Source: Nemertoderma westbladi
Lineage: Eukaryota; Animalia; Xenacoelomorpha
Assembly: GCA_032718475.1 (NCBI GenBank)
Contig: JAUCBJ010006420.1
Span: 1 to 64,000 of the forward strand
Length of the DNA: 64,000 nt
Direction: 5' to 3'
Positions within the stretch are counted from its first letter, which is position 1, and each line of letters begins with the position of its first letter. Under the pieces are notes generated by a model. The model was not told the DNA's origin and searched no databases. It worked only from the letters and a program-made list of their open reading frames with translations. Shown piece after piece: positions 1-12,000 of this stretch. A program made the translations under genes and the position numbers.

Positions 1-96
1 CGAATCCTAACTATCACTGACAGTCCTAAATACAGTAACTTGCCGCGGTGTGATTTATATGGGTTATATACGAACTAGGTGGTTAACAGACCTAGT

Positions 97-210
97 GTAA
101 CAATGCTGATCATCCCTGTCGAAATCAGCCTAAAGGTCGTGCCTAAATGTAACAATAACTGATCCCCCTGTACGAAATCAGTCTAAAAGGTCAGGCCTAA
201 ATGTAACAAT
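97..210. repeat. Short diverged tandem duplication (about 53-bp unit, 2 copies plus a partial)
   Basis: tgtaacaat...gaaatcag.cta.aaggtc..gcctaaa occurs twice, followed by a third tgtaacaat. Confidence 0.6.
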
Positions 211-1466
211 ACCGTTGTCCAGACAAACAACAGTTTAATAACGAAGTGAAATACTCCTTATTTTGCCGCAATCAAATCAGATCCTAATTATACGAATACA
301 GATAATTTCCTCCTAACGTAATGTATAGTACGCTATAGCTAGTAGAACTTTAAGGGCGATATGTTTTAGGGCGTGTGTGTGTGGGTGTGTTACAAATAAA
401 ACAATTTCGTGTAATTCCTTTTTACTAGGTTTTAGTGATTTTCTGACTAAAATGATACCGTGCGCTAGCTACTAAAATAAACTAGTCGCGTTTGTAGAAC
501 TTTATACTCACGAATGACGTCAAAGCTCTCTCCTTCCTATCCACAACCCAATGGGCAACCACAGTGTTAGTAACTACACCCGTGATCGGCACTAATACCA
601 GATTCTGGTTGTAAGATAAGAATAGGGGTTAATCGCTACCGTACGTTAGCTGATCTGGTATACTAATTTAATTCTAGAATTTTGTTGCTGCGGTAGTTAG
701 CAGCAATACCTATCAGTACGTGGCAAGGCGCGGTAGGATATTAATAAACCTCCCTAGGCCAAGCAGTGTGCCGGTAGCAGAAATACTCCTTGCCTGATCA
801 AATAGCTAACTCCAGACAGGGGGGGGGGGGGGGGGGTACTAATGTACGTTCTACAAAGCGAACCGGTACCAAACAGTCAGTGCTATGAATCACTAAATTA
901 TGGAACGTATGCTGTCCGTGCCTAATGTGTACTCGCGTACTGACGAATGGCAATAGTTCGCACCTGTAGGAAGTACAGGTTAACCCAGGGATTCGTAGGA
1001 CTTGACAAAGGGGGGGTGTCTGGATATAATTATTTGATCCTAAATTTGCGGCGTCCAGTGCGGTGTCACGCTTACCCTGATCTATAGGTCTTACGGCGGG
1101 CAAGGGCGTCGAACAAAGTCTTACCTTTCTCACAAAGCGGGCGCTGCATGGCAAGTTGAGCATTTCGAAGGGGCAAAGCGGGTGCGCGGTCGATCCAATG
1201 TGGGCGCTAGCGTGTTGTGGACATCCCTTCCCTGCGTTGCTTACGGCCTAACGGTCTAGGCTGCCATCTCCCTGGTGTTCGGCTGTCCCGAAGTCGGACC
1301 AAAAGAAAACATGTCAGGAAATTGCAGTATATTTACAGTTTTAACAAAGGATTTATCAAACAAGTTTCAACAAGAAACCGAATTAACTAATTTTACAAAG
1401 TAAACTGATAGAGTAACGTTGTAAGCGAAGGGGGGTAGAAGTGTGTGATAACCGAAGGCAAACCGG

Positions 1467-1715
1467 CCTTTTATACTAGAAATTGCACATGGAAACTAAA
1501 CAAAATTTTCCACAGCTTCACAATTGAGCAATGAAGTACGTCGTGCCCTATGATTGGCCCAGCTCATCGTTCAACGCAGTCCGGCCCTTACACTAATCAG
1601 GGACATGGAATCCTAACAGAATTTTCCACTGCCTCACATTTGAGCAATAAGGTAATTTATGCCCTATGATTGGCCTGGCTCATTATCCGCTACGTTGTAC
1701 GCTTCTCATTGGCCT
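1467..1715 (-). promoter_or_regulatory. Pol II promoter-like cluster: three CCAAT boxes and a TATAAAAG
   Basis: attggcc on + at about 1552, 1669 and 1708 (CCAAT on -); cttttata at about 1467-1474 (TATAAAAG on -); two CCAAT boxes lie in a duplicated segment of about 117 bp (about 1488-1575 and 1604-1692). Confidence 0.4.
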
Positions 1716-1761
1716 ACCAATTAGCACCTAAACGAAAATAAATGGCCCCAAAATACAAATT

Positions 1762-1830
1762 TCCCGACTGGGATTCGAACTCGTAACCTACGTAATGTAA
1801 CCAACGCCTTAACCATCTGACCACTACGCC
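1762..1830 (-). ncRNA. tRNA-derived sequence (SINE head or tRNA pseudogene)
   Basis: Minus strand reads GGCGTAGTGGTCAGATGGTTAAGGCG...GAGTTCGAATCCCAGTCGGGA, with Pol III A and B boxes at tRNA spacing; anticodon and acceptor stems pair poorly. Confidence 0.6.
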
Positions 1831-1974
1831 ACGAGAGTACCTAAGGGTTTTATGTGTACAAATATAAATCGGCATATTACATTACTGTAATTTAATCAAA
1901 ATACGTCGGATTTTCAAAAGTTTTTACGTTAAAGTTAAACTACAAATGCTACCTTATAGTGAAATAATTCATCA

Positions 1975-3183
1975 CCGACGATGTTTATTGGATAAGGAAT
2001 ACCGACGATGTTTATTGGAAAAGGAATGCCGACTATATTTATTGGATAAGGAATGCCGACGATGTTTATTGGATAAGGAATGCCGACGATGTTTATTGGA
2101 TAAGGAATACCGACGATGTTTATTGGATAAGGAATGCCGACGATGTTTATTGGATAAGGAATACCGACGATGTTTATTGGATAAGGAATGCCGACGATGT
2201 TTATTGGATAAGGAATACCGACGATGTTTATTGGATAAGGAATGCCGACGATGTTTATTGGATAAGGAATACCGACGATGTTTATTGGATAAGGAATGTC
2301 GACGATGTTTATTGGATAAGGAATACCGACGATGTTTATTGGATAAGGAATGCCGACGATGTTTATTGGATAAGGAATACCGACGATGTTTATTGGATAA
2401 GGAATGCCGACGTTGTTTTTTGGATAAGGAATACCGACGATGTTTATTGGATAAGGAATGCCGACGATGTTTATTGGATAAGGAATACCGACGATGTTTA
2501 TTGGATAAGGAATGCCGACGATGTTTATTGGATAAGGAATACCGACGATGTTTATTGGATAAGGAATGCCGACGTTGTTTTTTGGATAAAGAATGCCGAC
2601 GATGTTTATTGGATAAGGAATACCGACGATGTTTATTGGATAAGGAATGCCGACGATGTTTATTGGATAAGGAATACCGACGATGTTTATTGGATAAGGA
2701 ATGCCGACGATGTTTATTGGATAAGGAATACCGACGATGTTTATTGGATAAGGAATGTCGACGATGTTTATTGGATAAGGAATACCGACGATGTTTATTG
2801 GATAAGGAATGCCGACGATGTTTATTGGATAAGGAATACCGACGATGTTTATTGGATAAGGAATGCCGACGTTGTTTTTTGGATAAAGAATGCCGACGAT
2901 GTTTATTGGATAAGGAATACCGACGATGTTTATTGGATAAGGAATGCCGACGATGTTTATTGGATAAGGAATACCGACGATGTTTATTGGATAAAGAATA
3001 CCGACGATGTTTATTGGATAAGGAATACCGACGATGTTTATTGGATAAGGAATGCCGACGATGTTTATTGGATAAGGAATACCGAATATGTTTATTGGAT
3101 AAGGAATGCCGACGATGTTTATTGGATAAGGAATACCGAATATGTTTATTGGATAAGGAATGCCGACGATGTTTATTGGATAA
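1975..3183. repeat. 27-bp minisatellite, about 45 copies, mostly alternating A/G variants (54-bp dimer)
   Basis: Unit ccgacgatgtttattggataaggaat(a/g); produces the (RRCLLDKEY/C)n ORF at 1946-3217. Confidence 0.97.
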
Positions 3184-3197
3184 TGAATTGATAATGA

Positions 3198-3303
3198 TTA
3201 TTGGTTTATTGGATTAATTGTCGATTTCTCTCGACCCGCTGCAATGGAAGCGAGTGAGAAGATGGTACTTGTGTTTTGCGAAGGCTTGCTTTTATTATGA
3301 CTG
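3198..3303 (-). CDS. Putative last coding exon (exon 3) of a small single-pass membrane protein
   Basis: tttatatTAG/CAG (NAGNAG) acceptor; phase 2 matches the exon 2 donor; open to TAA at 3200-3198 (...SHNKSKPSQNTSTIFSLASIAAGREKSTINPINQ). Confidence 0.45.
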
Positions 3304-3418
3304 CTAATATAAACGAAATTTGTAGAATAAAAATTAATCTTATTGATGTGATCAGGACTATTATTTGTACTCAGACGCAAATATGTTCCCAGTAAAAATG
3401 CGCGTTAAAAAAACTCAC

Positions 3419-3593
3419 CTTTTCAAGAATCCGTATCGATGTAAGACTACTCCTAAACAGGCGATAAAAAGAATCATAGCAACGAGCATAATGATGACAG
3501 CATAGCTACCCTGATGGAAGGCCTCGTCAGGAGTGGTAGAATCATCTGTGGAGTTGCGTTTGGAACCCAGCCGATCTGTCTCATTCCACAACT
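3419..3593 (-). CDS. Putative exon 2 encoding a transmembrane helix
   Basis: ttacAG acceptor and AAG/GTGAGT donor; encodes LWNETDRLGSKRNSTDD...YAVIIMLVAMILFIACLGVVLHRYGFLK (two N-glycosylation sequons, a hydrophobic helix, then basic residues). Confidence 0.6.
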
Positions 3594-3762
3594 CTGTAAC
3601 AATGAGACGAAACAATAAAATATAATAAAACCCGATGTAAGATACACGCCGGTGAAGCAAAAACTTGAACTGTTCTACTGCACATAGCAACCCAACACGA
3701 CGGTACTCCTGCTGTAACAATGTACATGTAGTTCACTTTGCAGTTTACCGGTTACCTCCATG

Positions 3763-4735
3763 CAGGCCCCTAGCCAGGATTTTTTAGTTGGGTAGGCGAG
3801 GGAATATCAGGGTAGGCAGGCGCAAAAATGTTAATTTGGATACATTTTATAATAGATTAATTGTATACAGTAGGTATAAAGCAAAACTACAGTAGGGTCT
3901 ACATGGAGTCCGCCATCAGTTCATCATTTGTATACAAAGACAAACACAGTTAGGGGGGAAAATGAACGCAATAAAAATTCATCCCTCTCCAGGGGAAATT
4001 CGACGCAAATAACAGCTGAATATTCTCAAAAATAAAACTGTAACCTGTCCTATTGACTTTAGTTTATTGTTTTGGTTAAAATAACGTTCGCAGATTCTAT
4101 TCTGAGCAAAATACTGTATGTACCATTACATGATGGTTGGGTGCAACCTTCGCCCACTTACAACCTTCGCCCGTGTCCAATCTTCGTCCGCGTCCAACCT
4201 TCGCCTGGGGGAACCTTCGCCAACAAGGCAATCTTCACCCACGAGCAACCTTTGCCCAATATGATTTGTGTTAGAAACCGTTTTAGTTACCAATTGAGTG
4301 AAAGGATCAGGTTACAGAGACGGCTTTTTCTCACCAAAACAATCATTGTTTAGTGGGCGAAGATTGCTGCGGGTGAAGATTGGACGCGGGCGAAGTTTGC
4401 TGCGTACCTTAAAGGACAATTGTTCGATGACTGTAAGAGTGGAGTAGGCCCTACTGGACTGTAGTAGTAGTAACAGTGTTGGCCTACGGTAGAGATTATT
4501 AAATGAAAGTAACTTACAATCTGAGAGTAATATATACCGGTGTTTGATTACTACAAGGCTAATGTTTAAAGAAGGCGCATGGAACCAGAAAATGGTTGTG
4601 TAAAAATGTAAAATTATACTAATGACGGAAAATTTATTACAAAAAATTGGGTAGGCGAGACCCCATGTTTGGGTAGGCGAGACCCATGTTTGGGTAGGCG
4701 GCGCCTACCTTCGCCTTATACTGGCAACGGGCCTG
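3763..4735. mobile_element. Non-autonomous hAT-type element (MITE) in the putative intron 1
   Basis: TIRs caggcccctagccag / ctggcaacgggcctg (13/15 match); 8-bp TSD cctccatg (3755-3762) / cccccatg (4736-4743); subterminal gggtaggcg repeats. Confidence 0.8.
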
Positions 4736-5150
4736 CCCCCATGTGAAGAACTCTTAAGGTGCCGGCAAGCCGACTTCAGAGGGGTATATTCAAACATTAC
4801 AAATGGGTCTGAGTTGGGGGTCTACCCTCGTTCTCGTTTCTAAAATATCGTCACATTAATATAATATCTAATATATTTCTGTCTCTTAGGGCCATCATCA
4901 GAGAAACAAACTCATGTGAAGAATACTGGTGTTCACCAAAAAAACCTAGGTTACCGAAGGGCTGAAACTAACTGAAACAATAAACAAATTATGTAGGCCA
5001 GGTTATAAGATAGATATAAGCGTTTAAAACACTTAATAAGAGACAATTTAATAATACAAATTACAGTTTTTTTTTAGAGTAATCAGCTGTTATTTGAGTC
5101 GAATTTCCTCTGGAGAGGGATGAATCTTTATTGCGTCCAGCCCCCCCTAT
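3951..5150. repeat. Pair of about 82-bp interspersed repeat copies in inverted orientation (3951-4032 and 5069-5150)
   Basis: acgcaataaaaattcatccctctccaggggaaattcgacgcaaataacagctga is matched by the reverse complement of 5082-5136. Confidence 0.7.
4135..4408. mobile_element. Small MITE-like element with inverted subterminal (aaccttcgccc)n arrays, nested in the hAT MITE
   Basis: Left arm has tandem caaccttcgcc motifs; right arm has the complementary gggcgaagattg motifs. Confidence 0.6.
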
Positions 5151-5416
5151 CTGAATTTTATACATCAAATTTCAACAATATTTCGACCGAAAAATGAATA
5201 CCTGGTACCAACTGATTTTCATCATATGGACATTTTTCTCTACTATAAACCACTACGTTAATTTCCCACCCCTGCGTTGTGGTTCCGTTGCCTTGAAGTT
5301 AAGCAAGCCTGTATCTGGCTCTAGAGGTCATCCAAAACTAAGTCTAGACAACTGGTAACACAAACACAGGGTTGTCTAAAAACCGAATTAATACTGAATG
5401 AAAATGACCAACTCAC

Positions 5417-5456
5417 CTCCATTCATCACGACTCTTGTTCGAGTTGCCATATACAT
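5417..5456 (-). CDS. Putative first coding exon of the same gene
   Basis: ATG TAT ATG GCA ACT CGA ACA AGA GTC GTG ATG AAT GGA G/GTGAGT; the phase-1 G joins AG of exon 2 to give GAG in frame. Confidence 0.5.
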
Positions 5457-6107
5457 TTATTATATAGTAGTTACAAAGTTCCTATTAATGTACGTGAACA
5501 CCCTTTATTTGTACAACAAATCAAGGATCTGAACAAAAAACTGAATACAATAACGTAATTGTAAACTAGTGCCGCGTCCGAATGCAATGAAATCAATTCT
5601 TCTTTCTACACTCATTCGTTAACAACTAACTACAGAGGGGCGCCTATTTATTGCTGTTGAGTAATGTGCTATGATTAATCTGACTCATTGATCGCCATTT
5701 GGCCTATCGCCTGGCCAGAAGGGAGTATCTTGTACCAGGTGAAGCCATGCGCACGCTCTCCTCTCCGCAACCACCACAGCATTCCCCATCTCGCCATGGT
5801 TACTAACACACACGCGCAGCTTAGACAGCTCATCATCCCCCCTTGTATTTTAACGGGTTACCGTTTATGGGAACTATGCAGTTACCAGGTATAATGATGA
5901 AACACTGCTAGTGCCGGTGGCGTCCTTAACAACCCGTAGCAACCAACACTTTTAGAGCAAGCTCGTTAATTTGTAGCCGCTAATGTAGCACTAAAATGAT
6001 TAAAATCCCAAGAATAAAGTATTTTGGTACTTATAATAAGTGGAAAACATTATTGGAGCAGTTGATTACTATAATACTAGGTAATTAATTCTAAGTTCTT
6101 GTTTGGC

Positions 6108-6292
6108 CACGCAAATTTTTTGCCGAATTGCGACTGTTGCCGAAACGCAACTTTTTGCCGAAACGCAACTTTTTTTTTGCCGAATCGCGACTTTTTGCCG
6201 AATCGCGACTTTTTTTGCCGAAACGCATCTTTTTTGCCGAAACTCAACTTTTTTGCCGAATCGCGACTGTTGCCGAAACGCATTTCGGCAAA
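6108..6292. repeat. Tandem ttttgccgaa(acgca/tcgcga) array, probably a MITE subterminal arm; a fragment recurs at 8971-9006
   Basis: About 9 copies of an 18-21-bp motif, ending in an inverted ttcggcaaaa. Confidence 0.7.
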
Positions 6293-6700
6293 AGATAAAA
6301 ATAAATTCCTAGATGTGTTAGATCCGGGTTGAATTCCATAATTAAAATTGGAGTGGTCTATATGTCAATTATGCAAAGTATTAATTAATACTCTAAGTAC
6401 ACAGTACTAATATTATTTTATTCATTTGTGTGGAATTAATTTCGCACTACAAAATCGCCAGGGCTACATATTTTCTAACTTTACATCGCAGTGCGACATT
6501 ATTTCCCCAGTATGTCCTTACGTTACGCCATACATTTTACTATGTTAGGTCCAGTATATACAGTATGTTACCGCGGCATTATTAGGTTGTTCTAAAAAGT
6601 TTAAGTGTATAACTACAAATAATTCCCCACAAATAAATATAATTATATGTTCATAATTATTGTAACTTTTTGTTGGGCACAGCTTTGCAAAGTTGGCAAT

Positions 6701-8234
6701 GACGTCCAGGTGGGATCGAACTGGTGACCTCGTAGTTGGAAGTCTGACAACAATCAAGCAGGGACAAGAGTCCCACAAGAAATGAAAACAAATAAGTTGG
6801 TGCCAGTTCCCAAGAAGGGCAACCTAACACTCTATGGTTCTTTTCGGGGAATCTCATTGATCTCGATTGCTGCAAAGCTATACAATAGGATTCTATTAAA
6901 TCGCATCAGGGATCCCATTGAGAGACTGCTCCGTGGAAATCAGAATGGGTTCCGTAAAGGTCGTGGGACCATGGAGCCCATTTTGGCACTTAGAAGGATA
7001 ATTGAAGAATTATCAAAAAAGAAAGACAGGCATCTGGCTGTTATCTTTGTTGACTTCTTCAAGGCCTTTGATTCAGTCTCTCGCTCACGTATGTTCAGCA
7101 TACTTTCATTATATGGGATTCCTGATGAAATTATTGCAGCAATCATTCGTCGTTCGACAACATTTGTGTCTACTGTTGACGGTGACACAGAACCATTTGA
7201 AGTGTTATGGGGCGTCCTCCAAGGAGACACACTTGCACCATTCTTGTTCATTATTGTGGTTGACTATGTTCTACGCATGTCCTTAGATCATCATAATGAT
7301 GATGGGGTGATGATAACTCCACCTACTGGCTCCAGAAGTCGAGGAAATCCTGCCAAGTACCTAACTGATCTAGACTTTGCTGATGACTTAGGAGTACTCT
7401 CAGAATCATTAGAGGGAGCCCAACGGCTCCTCAGCTCATTAGAACATGCTGCTTCTAGTGTTGGTCTTTTTATTAACTCCAGAAAGACCAAAATTCTGAC
7501 CGTTAACTTTGAAAGTCCTTAGCAAGTCTCTGATCGGATGAGCATAAGCTCAAAGGATGGTATGCTTGAGCATGTGGACGACTTCTGTTACCTGGGATCA
7601 TGGATCCGGAAGTCAGGTGAGGACCTTCGAATACGTAAGGGAAAGGCATGGGCAGCCTTGAATAGGCTTTCCAGGATTTGGAAGTCACCGAGAATTAATC
7701 GGAAACTTAAGGTCCGATTATTTAGAGCAGCAGTAGTTCCAGTACTCCTCTACGGGAGTCCATGCTGGGCTCTAACTGCTGAGGACACCAAATCTCTGGA
7801 TGGCACATTTACAAGAATGCTACGCCGGGTTCATTGTGTCAAGTACAATGCACACGTCTCCAACCAGACACTATATAACATTGGAGGTGTCTCATTGGTT
7901 CCCCCAAGCTTGACACTAGAACAAAATCGCCTCCGCTTTGCAGGACATTGCTTTCGCCGTGAGGACCAGCCAGTGCATAATCTTGTACTTTGGCAGCCTC
8001 ATGGAGTGAATAAGCATGGTGGACAGCCCATGACTTTCTTGAGACGCATCTTAAAGGAAACTGGCCTTAAAGATGCGGATGATCTAGCAAATGTCATGGG
8101 TGATAGGGAGTTTTGGCGGTGCAATTTTGTCGACAAGCCGACACAGCATTCTTAAAAATGCAGCTGCAATGCAGCATGCCGATCCTAGTAGTAGTAGTGG
8201 AAGTCTGACACTCTAACCATTCAGCTAGAGGCTC
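6701..8234 (-). ncRNA. tRNA-derived (SINE-head-like) sequence split by the RTE insertion (6701-6749 plus 8211-8234)
   Basis: Removing the LINE and one TSD gives, on the minus strand, GAGCCTCTAGCTGAATGGTTAGAGTGTCAGACTTCCAACTACGAGGTCACCAGTTCGATCCCACCTGGACGTC, with A and B boxes. Confidence 0.65.
6750..8197 (+). mobile_element. 5'-truncated RTE-clade LINE, copy 1 (RT region, premature stop)
   Basis: RT motifs PKKG, QNGFR, FVDFFKAFDS, GVLQGDTLAP, DFADD and RTE-type LRFAGHC; TAG at 7520-7522 where copy 2 has CAG; (TAG)4 tail; 13-bp TSD tggaagtctgaca at 6737-6749 and 8198-8210. Confidence 0.95.
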
Positions 8235-9005
8235 AGGTAAAAGATAAACCTCGAAATACTACCTGATACCTTGTATGTCCGCAATTTACCTCCTCATGGC
8301 CTCCAATCTGTTAATACCACCATCTGCTGCCACTGTGCTCAACCCTACAGTACTTGGCCGTCTTTAACCATTTCCAATCACAACCTTCACAACCGCAAAT
8401 ACACTCTAACTACTAAATTAGTTTATGTATTATTATTATGTTTATATTTCTATAGCGCCAAATTTATATGAAAACACCCTGTCTTTTCAACTCTTAAGTT
8501 TCGATTTAAAAAGTTCAAAGCTGTCACCCTATTCTTTCCGGTATTGATTCGTTCCTAAAACTACAATGAGAACATCACAGATGGCAGGGCAGCGCACGAA
8601 TATTTGAAACAAACCAAACATAAGCAGTGAAACTAAATTAAATATGTGGGGCGAGTCAAAACAGCGAGCCATCAGCGAAATGTTATAATTATACTGTGGC
8701 CGATTTCTAAAAGTCTCTGGGTATTTGTTTAGGAAGCCATTATTGTCGGAAGCCAAAGATGTAACTAGCCATAGTAAAATTATAATTGTTCGCTAGGATG
8801 GCTTGCAGCTTTTTTTCTGCACAAAGGCCGTTATTGTTATTTGCAATTAAGATAATATATCAGTACAAACTGAACTTCATGTTGACGCCGCCGGCCTCTT
8901 TTACTTTTCCTGCAATGGGCACAGGGCGGTACTCTACTCCACAGTGTATTCTCCTGCAATAAAGAAATAATTTTGCCGAAACGCAATTTTTTTGCCGAAT
9001 CGCGA

Positions 9006-12000
9006 CTTCCACTCTGTTTCCTAAAGGAATGCCTGTTCACCATCATGGATGATCTTCCACAGTAAACCCTCCACTCTGTTTCCTAAAGGAATGCCTGTTC
9101 ACCATCATGGGTGATCTTCCACATTAAACCATTCCACTCTGTTTCCTAAAGAAATGCCTGTTCACCACCATGGGTGATCTTCCACAGTAAACCCTTCCAC
9201 TCTGTTTCCTAAAGGAATGCCTGTTCACCACCACGGGTGTTCTTCCACAGTAAACCCTTCCACTCTGTTTCCTAAAGGAATGCCTGTTCACCACCATGGG
9301 TGATCTTCCACATTAAACCCTTCCACTCTGTTTGCTAAAGAAATGCCTGTTCACCACCATGGGTGTTCTTCCACAGTAAACCCTTCCACTCTGTTTCCTA
9401 AAGGAATGCCTGTTCACCACCATGGGTGATCTTCCACATTAAACCCTTCCAATCTGTTTGCTAAAGAAATGCCTGTTCACCACCATGGGTGATCTTCCAC
9501 AGTAAACCCTTACACTCTGTTTCGTAAAGGAATGCCTGTTCACTACCATGGGAGTTCTTCCACAGTAAACCCTTCCACTCTGTTTCCTAAAGGAATGCCT
9601 GTTCACCACCATGGGTGATCTTCCACATTAAACCCTTCCACTCTGTTTGCTAAAGAAATGCCTATTCACCACCATGGGTGATCTTCCACAGTAAACCCTT
9701 CCACTCTGTTTCGTAAAGGAATGCCTGTTCACCACCATGGGTGATCTTCCACAGTAAACCCTTCCACTCTGTTTCCTAAAGGAATGCCTGTTCACCATCA
9801 TGGATGATCTTCCACAGTAAACCATCCACTCTGATTCCTAAAGGAATGCCTGTTCACCACAATGGGTGATCTTCCACATTAAACCCTTCCACTCTGTTTC
9901 CTAAAGGAATGCCTGTTTACCATCATGGATGATCTTCCACAGTAAACCCTTCCACTCTGTTTCCTAAAGGAATGCCTGTTCACCACCATGGGTGACCTTC
10001 CACAGTAAACCCTTCCACTCTGTTTCCTAAAGGAATGCCTGTTCACCACCATGGGTGATCTTCCACATTAAACCCTTCCACTCTGTTTCCTAAAGGAATG
10101 CCTGTTCACCACCATGGGTGATCTTCCACAGTAAACCCTTCCACTCCGTTTCCTAAAGGAATGCCTGTTCACCACCATGGGTGATCTTCCACATTAAACC
10201 CTTCCACTCTGTTTCCTAAAGGAATGCCTGTTCTCACCACCATGGGTGATCTTCCACAGTAAACCCTTCCACTCTGTTTCCTAAAGGAATGCCTGTTCAC
10301 CACCATGGGGGATCTTCCATATTAAACCCTTCCACTATGTTTCCTAAAGAAATGCCTGTTCTCACCACCATGGGTGATCTTCCACAGTAAACCCTTCCAC
10401 TCCGTTTCGCAAAGGAATGTCTGTTCTCACACCATGGGTGATCTTCCACAGTAAACCCTTCCACTCTGTTTCATAAAGGAATGCCTGCTCACCACCATGG
10501 TTGATCTTCCACAGTAAACCCTTCCAATCTGTTTCCTAAAGGAATGCATGTTCACCACCAAGGGTGATCTTCCACAGTAAACCCTTCCACTCTGTTTCCT
10601 AAAGGAATGCCTGTTCTCACCACCATGGGTGATCTTCCACAGTAAACCCTTCCACTCTGTTTCCTAAAGGAGTGCCTGTTCACCACCATGGGTGATCTTC
10701 CACAGTAAACCCTTCCACTCTGTTTCCTAAATGAATGCCTGTTCAACTCCATGGGTGATCTTCCACAGTAAACCCTTCCTCTCTGTTTCCTAAAGGAATG
10801 CCTGTTCACCACCATGGGTGATCTTCCACAGTAAACCCTTCCACTCTGTTTCCTAAAGGAATGCCTGTTCACCACCATGGGTGATCTTCCACAGTACACC
10901 CTTCCACTCTGTTCCCTAAAGGAATGCCTGTTTAACAACATGGATGATCTTCCACAGTAAACCATTCCACTATGTTTCCTAAAGGAATGCCGGTTCACCA
11001 CCATGGGTGATCTTCCACAGTAAACCCTTCCACTCTGTTTCCTAAAGGAATGCCTGTTCACCACCATAGGTGATCTTCCACAGTAAACCCTTCCACTCTA
11101 TTTCCTAAAGGAATGCCTGTTCATCACCATGGGTGTTCTTCCACAGTAAACCCTTCCACTCTGTTACCTAAAGGAATGCCTGTTTAACAACATGGGTGAT
11201 GTTCCACAGTAAACCCTTCCACTGTTTCCTAAAGGAATGCCTGTTCACCACCATGGGTGATCTTCCACAGTAAACCCTTCCACTCTGTTTCCTAAAGGAA
11301 TGCCTGTTCACCACCATGGGTGATCTTCCACAGTAAACCCTTCCACTCTGTTTCCTAAAGGAATGCCTCTTCACCACCATGGGTGATCTTCCACAGTAAA
11401 CCCTTCCACTCTGTTTCCTAAAGGAATGCCTGTTCACCACCATGGGTGATCTTCCACAGTAAACCCTTCCACTCTGTTTCGTAAAGGAATGCCTGTTCAC
11501 CACAATGGGTGATCTATCTTCCACAGTAAACCCTTCCACTCTGTTTCCTAAAGGAATGCCTGTTCACAACCATGGGTGATCTTCCACAGTAAACCCTTCC
11601 ACTCTGTTTCCTAAAGTCGAATGCATGTTCACTACCATGGGTGATCTTCCACAGTAAACCCTTCCACTCTGTTTCCTAAAGGAATGCCTGTTCACCACCA
11701 TGGGTGATCTTCCACAGTAAACCCTTCCACTCTGTTTCCTAAAGGAATGCCTGTTCACCACCATGGGTGATCTTCCACAGTAAACCCTTCCACTCTGTTT
11801 CCTAAAGTCGAATGCATGTTCACCACCATGGGTGTTCTTCCACAGTAAACCCTTCCACTCTGTTTCCTAAAGGAATGCCTGTTCACCACCACGGGTGATC
11901 TTCCACATTAAACCCTTCCACTCTGTTTGCTAAAGAAATGCCTGTTCACCACCATGGGTGATCTTCCACAGTATACCCTTCCACTCTGTTTCGTAAACGA

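Noticed and set aside
1762-1830. Functional tRNA gene (also the split copy at 6701-8234)
   Set aside because: A and B boxes are present, but acceptor and anticodon stems do not pair properly; treated as tRNA-derived.
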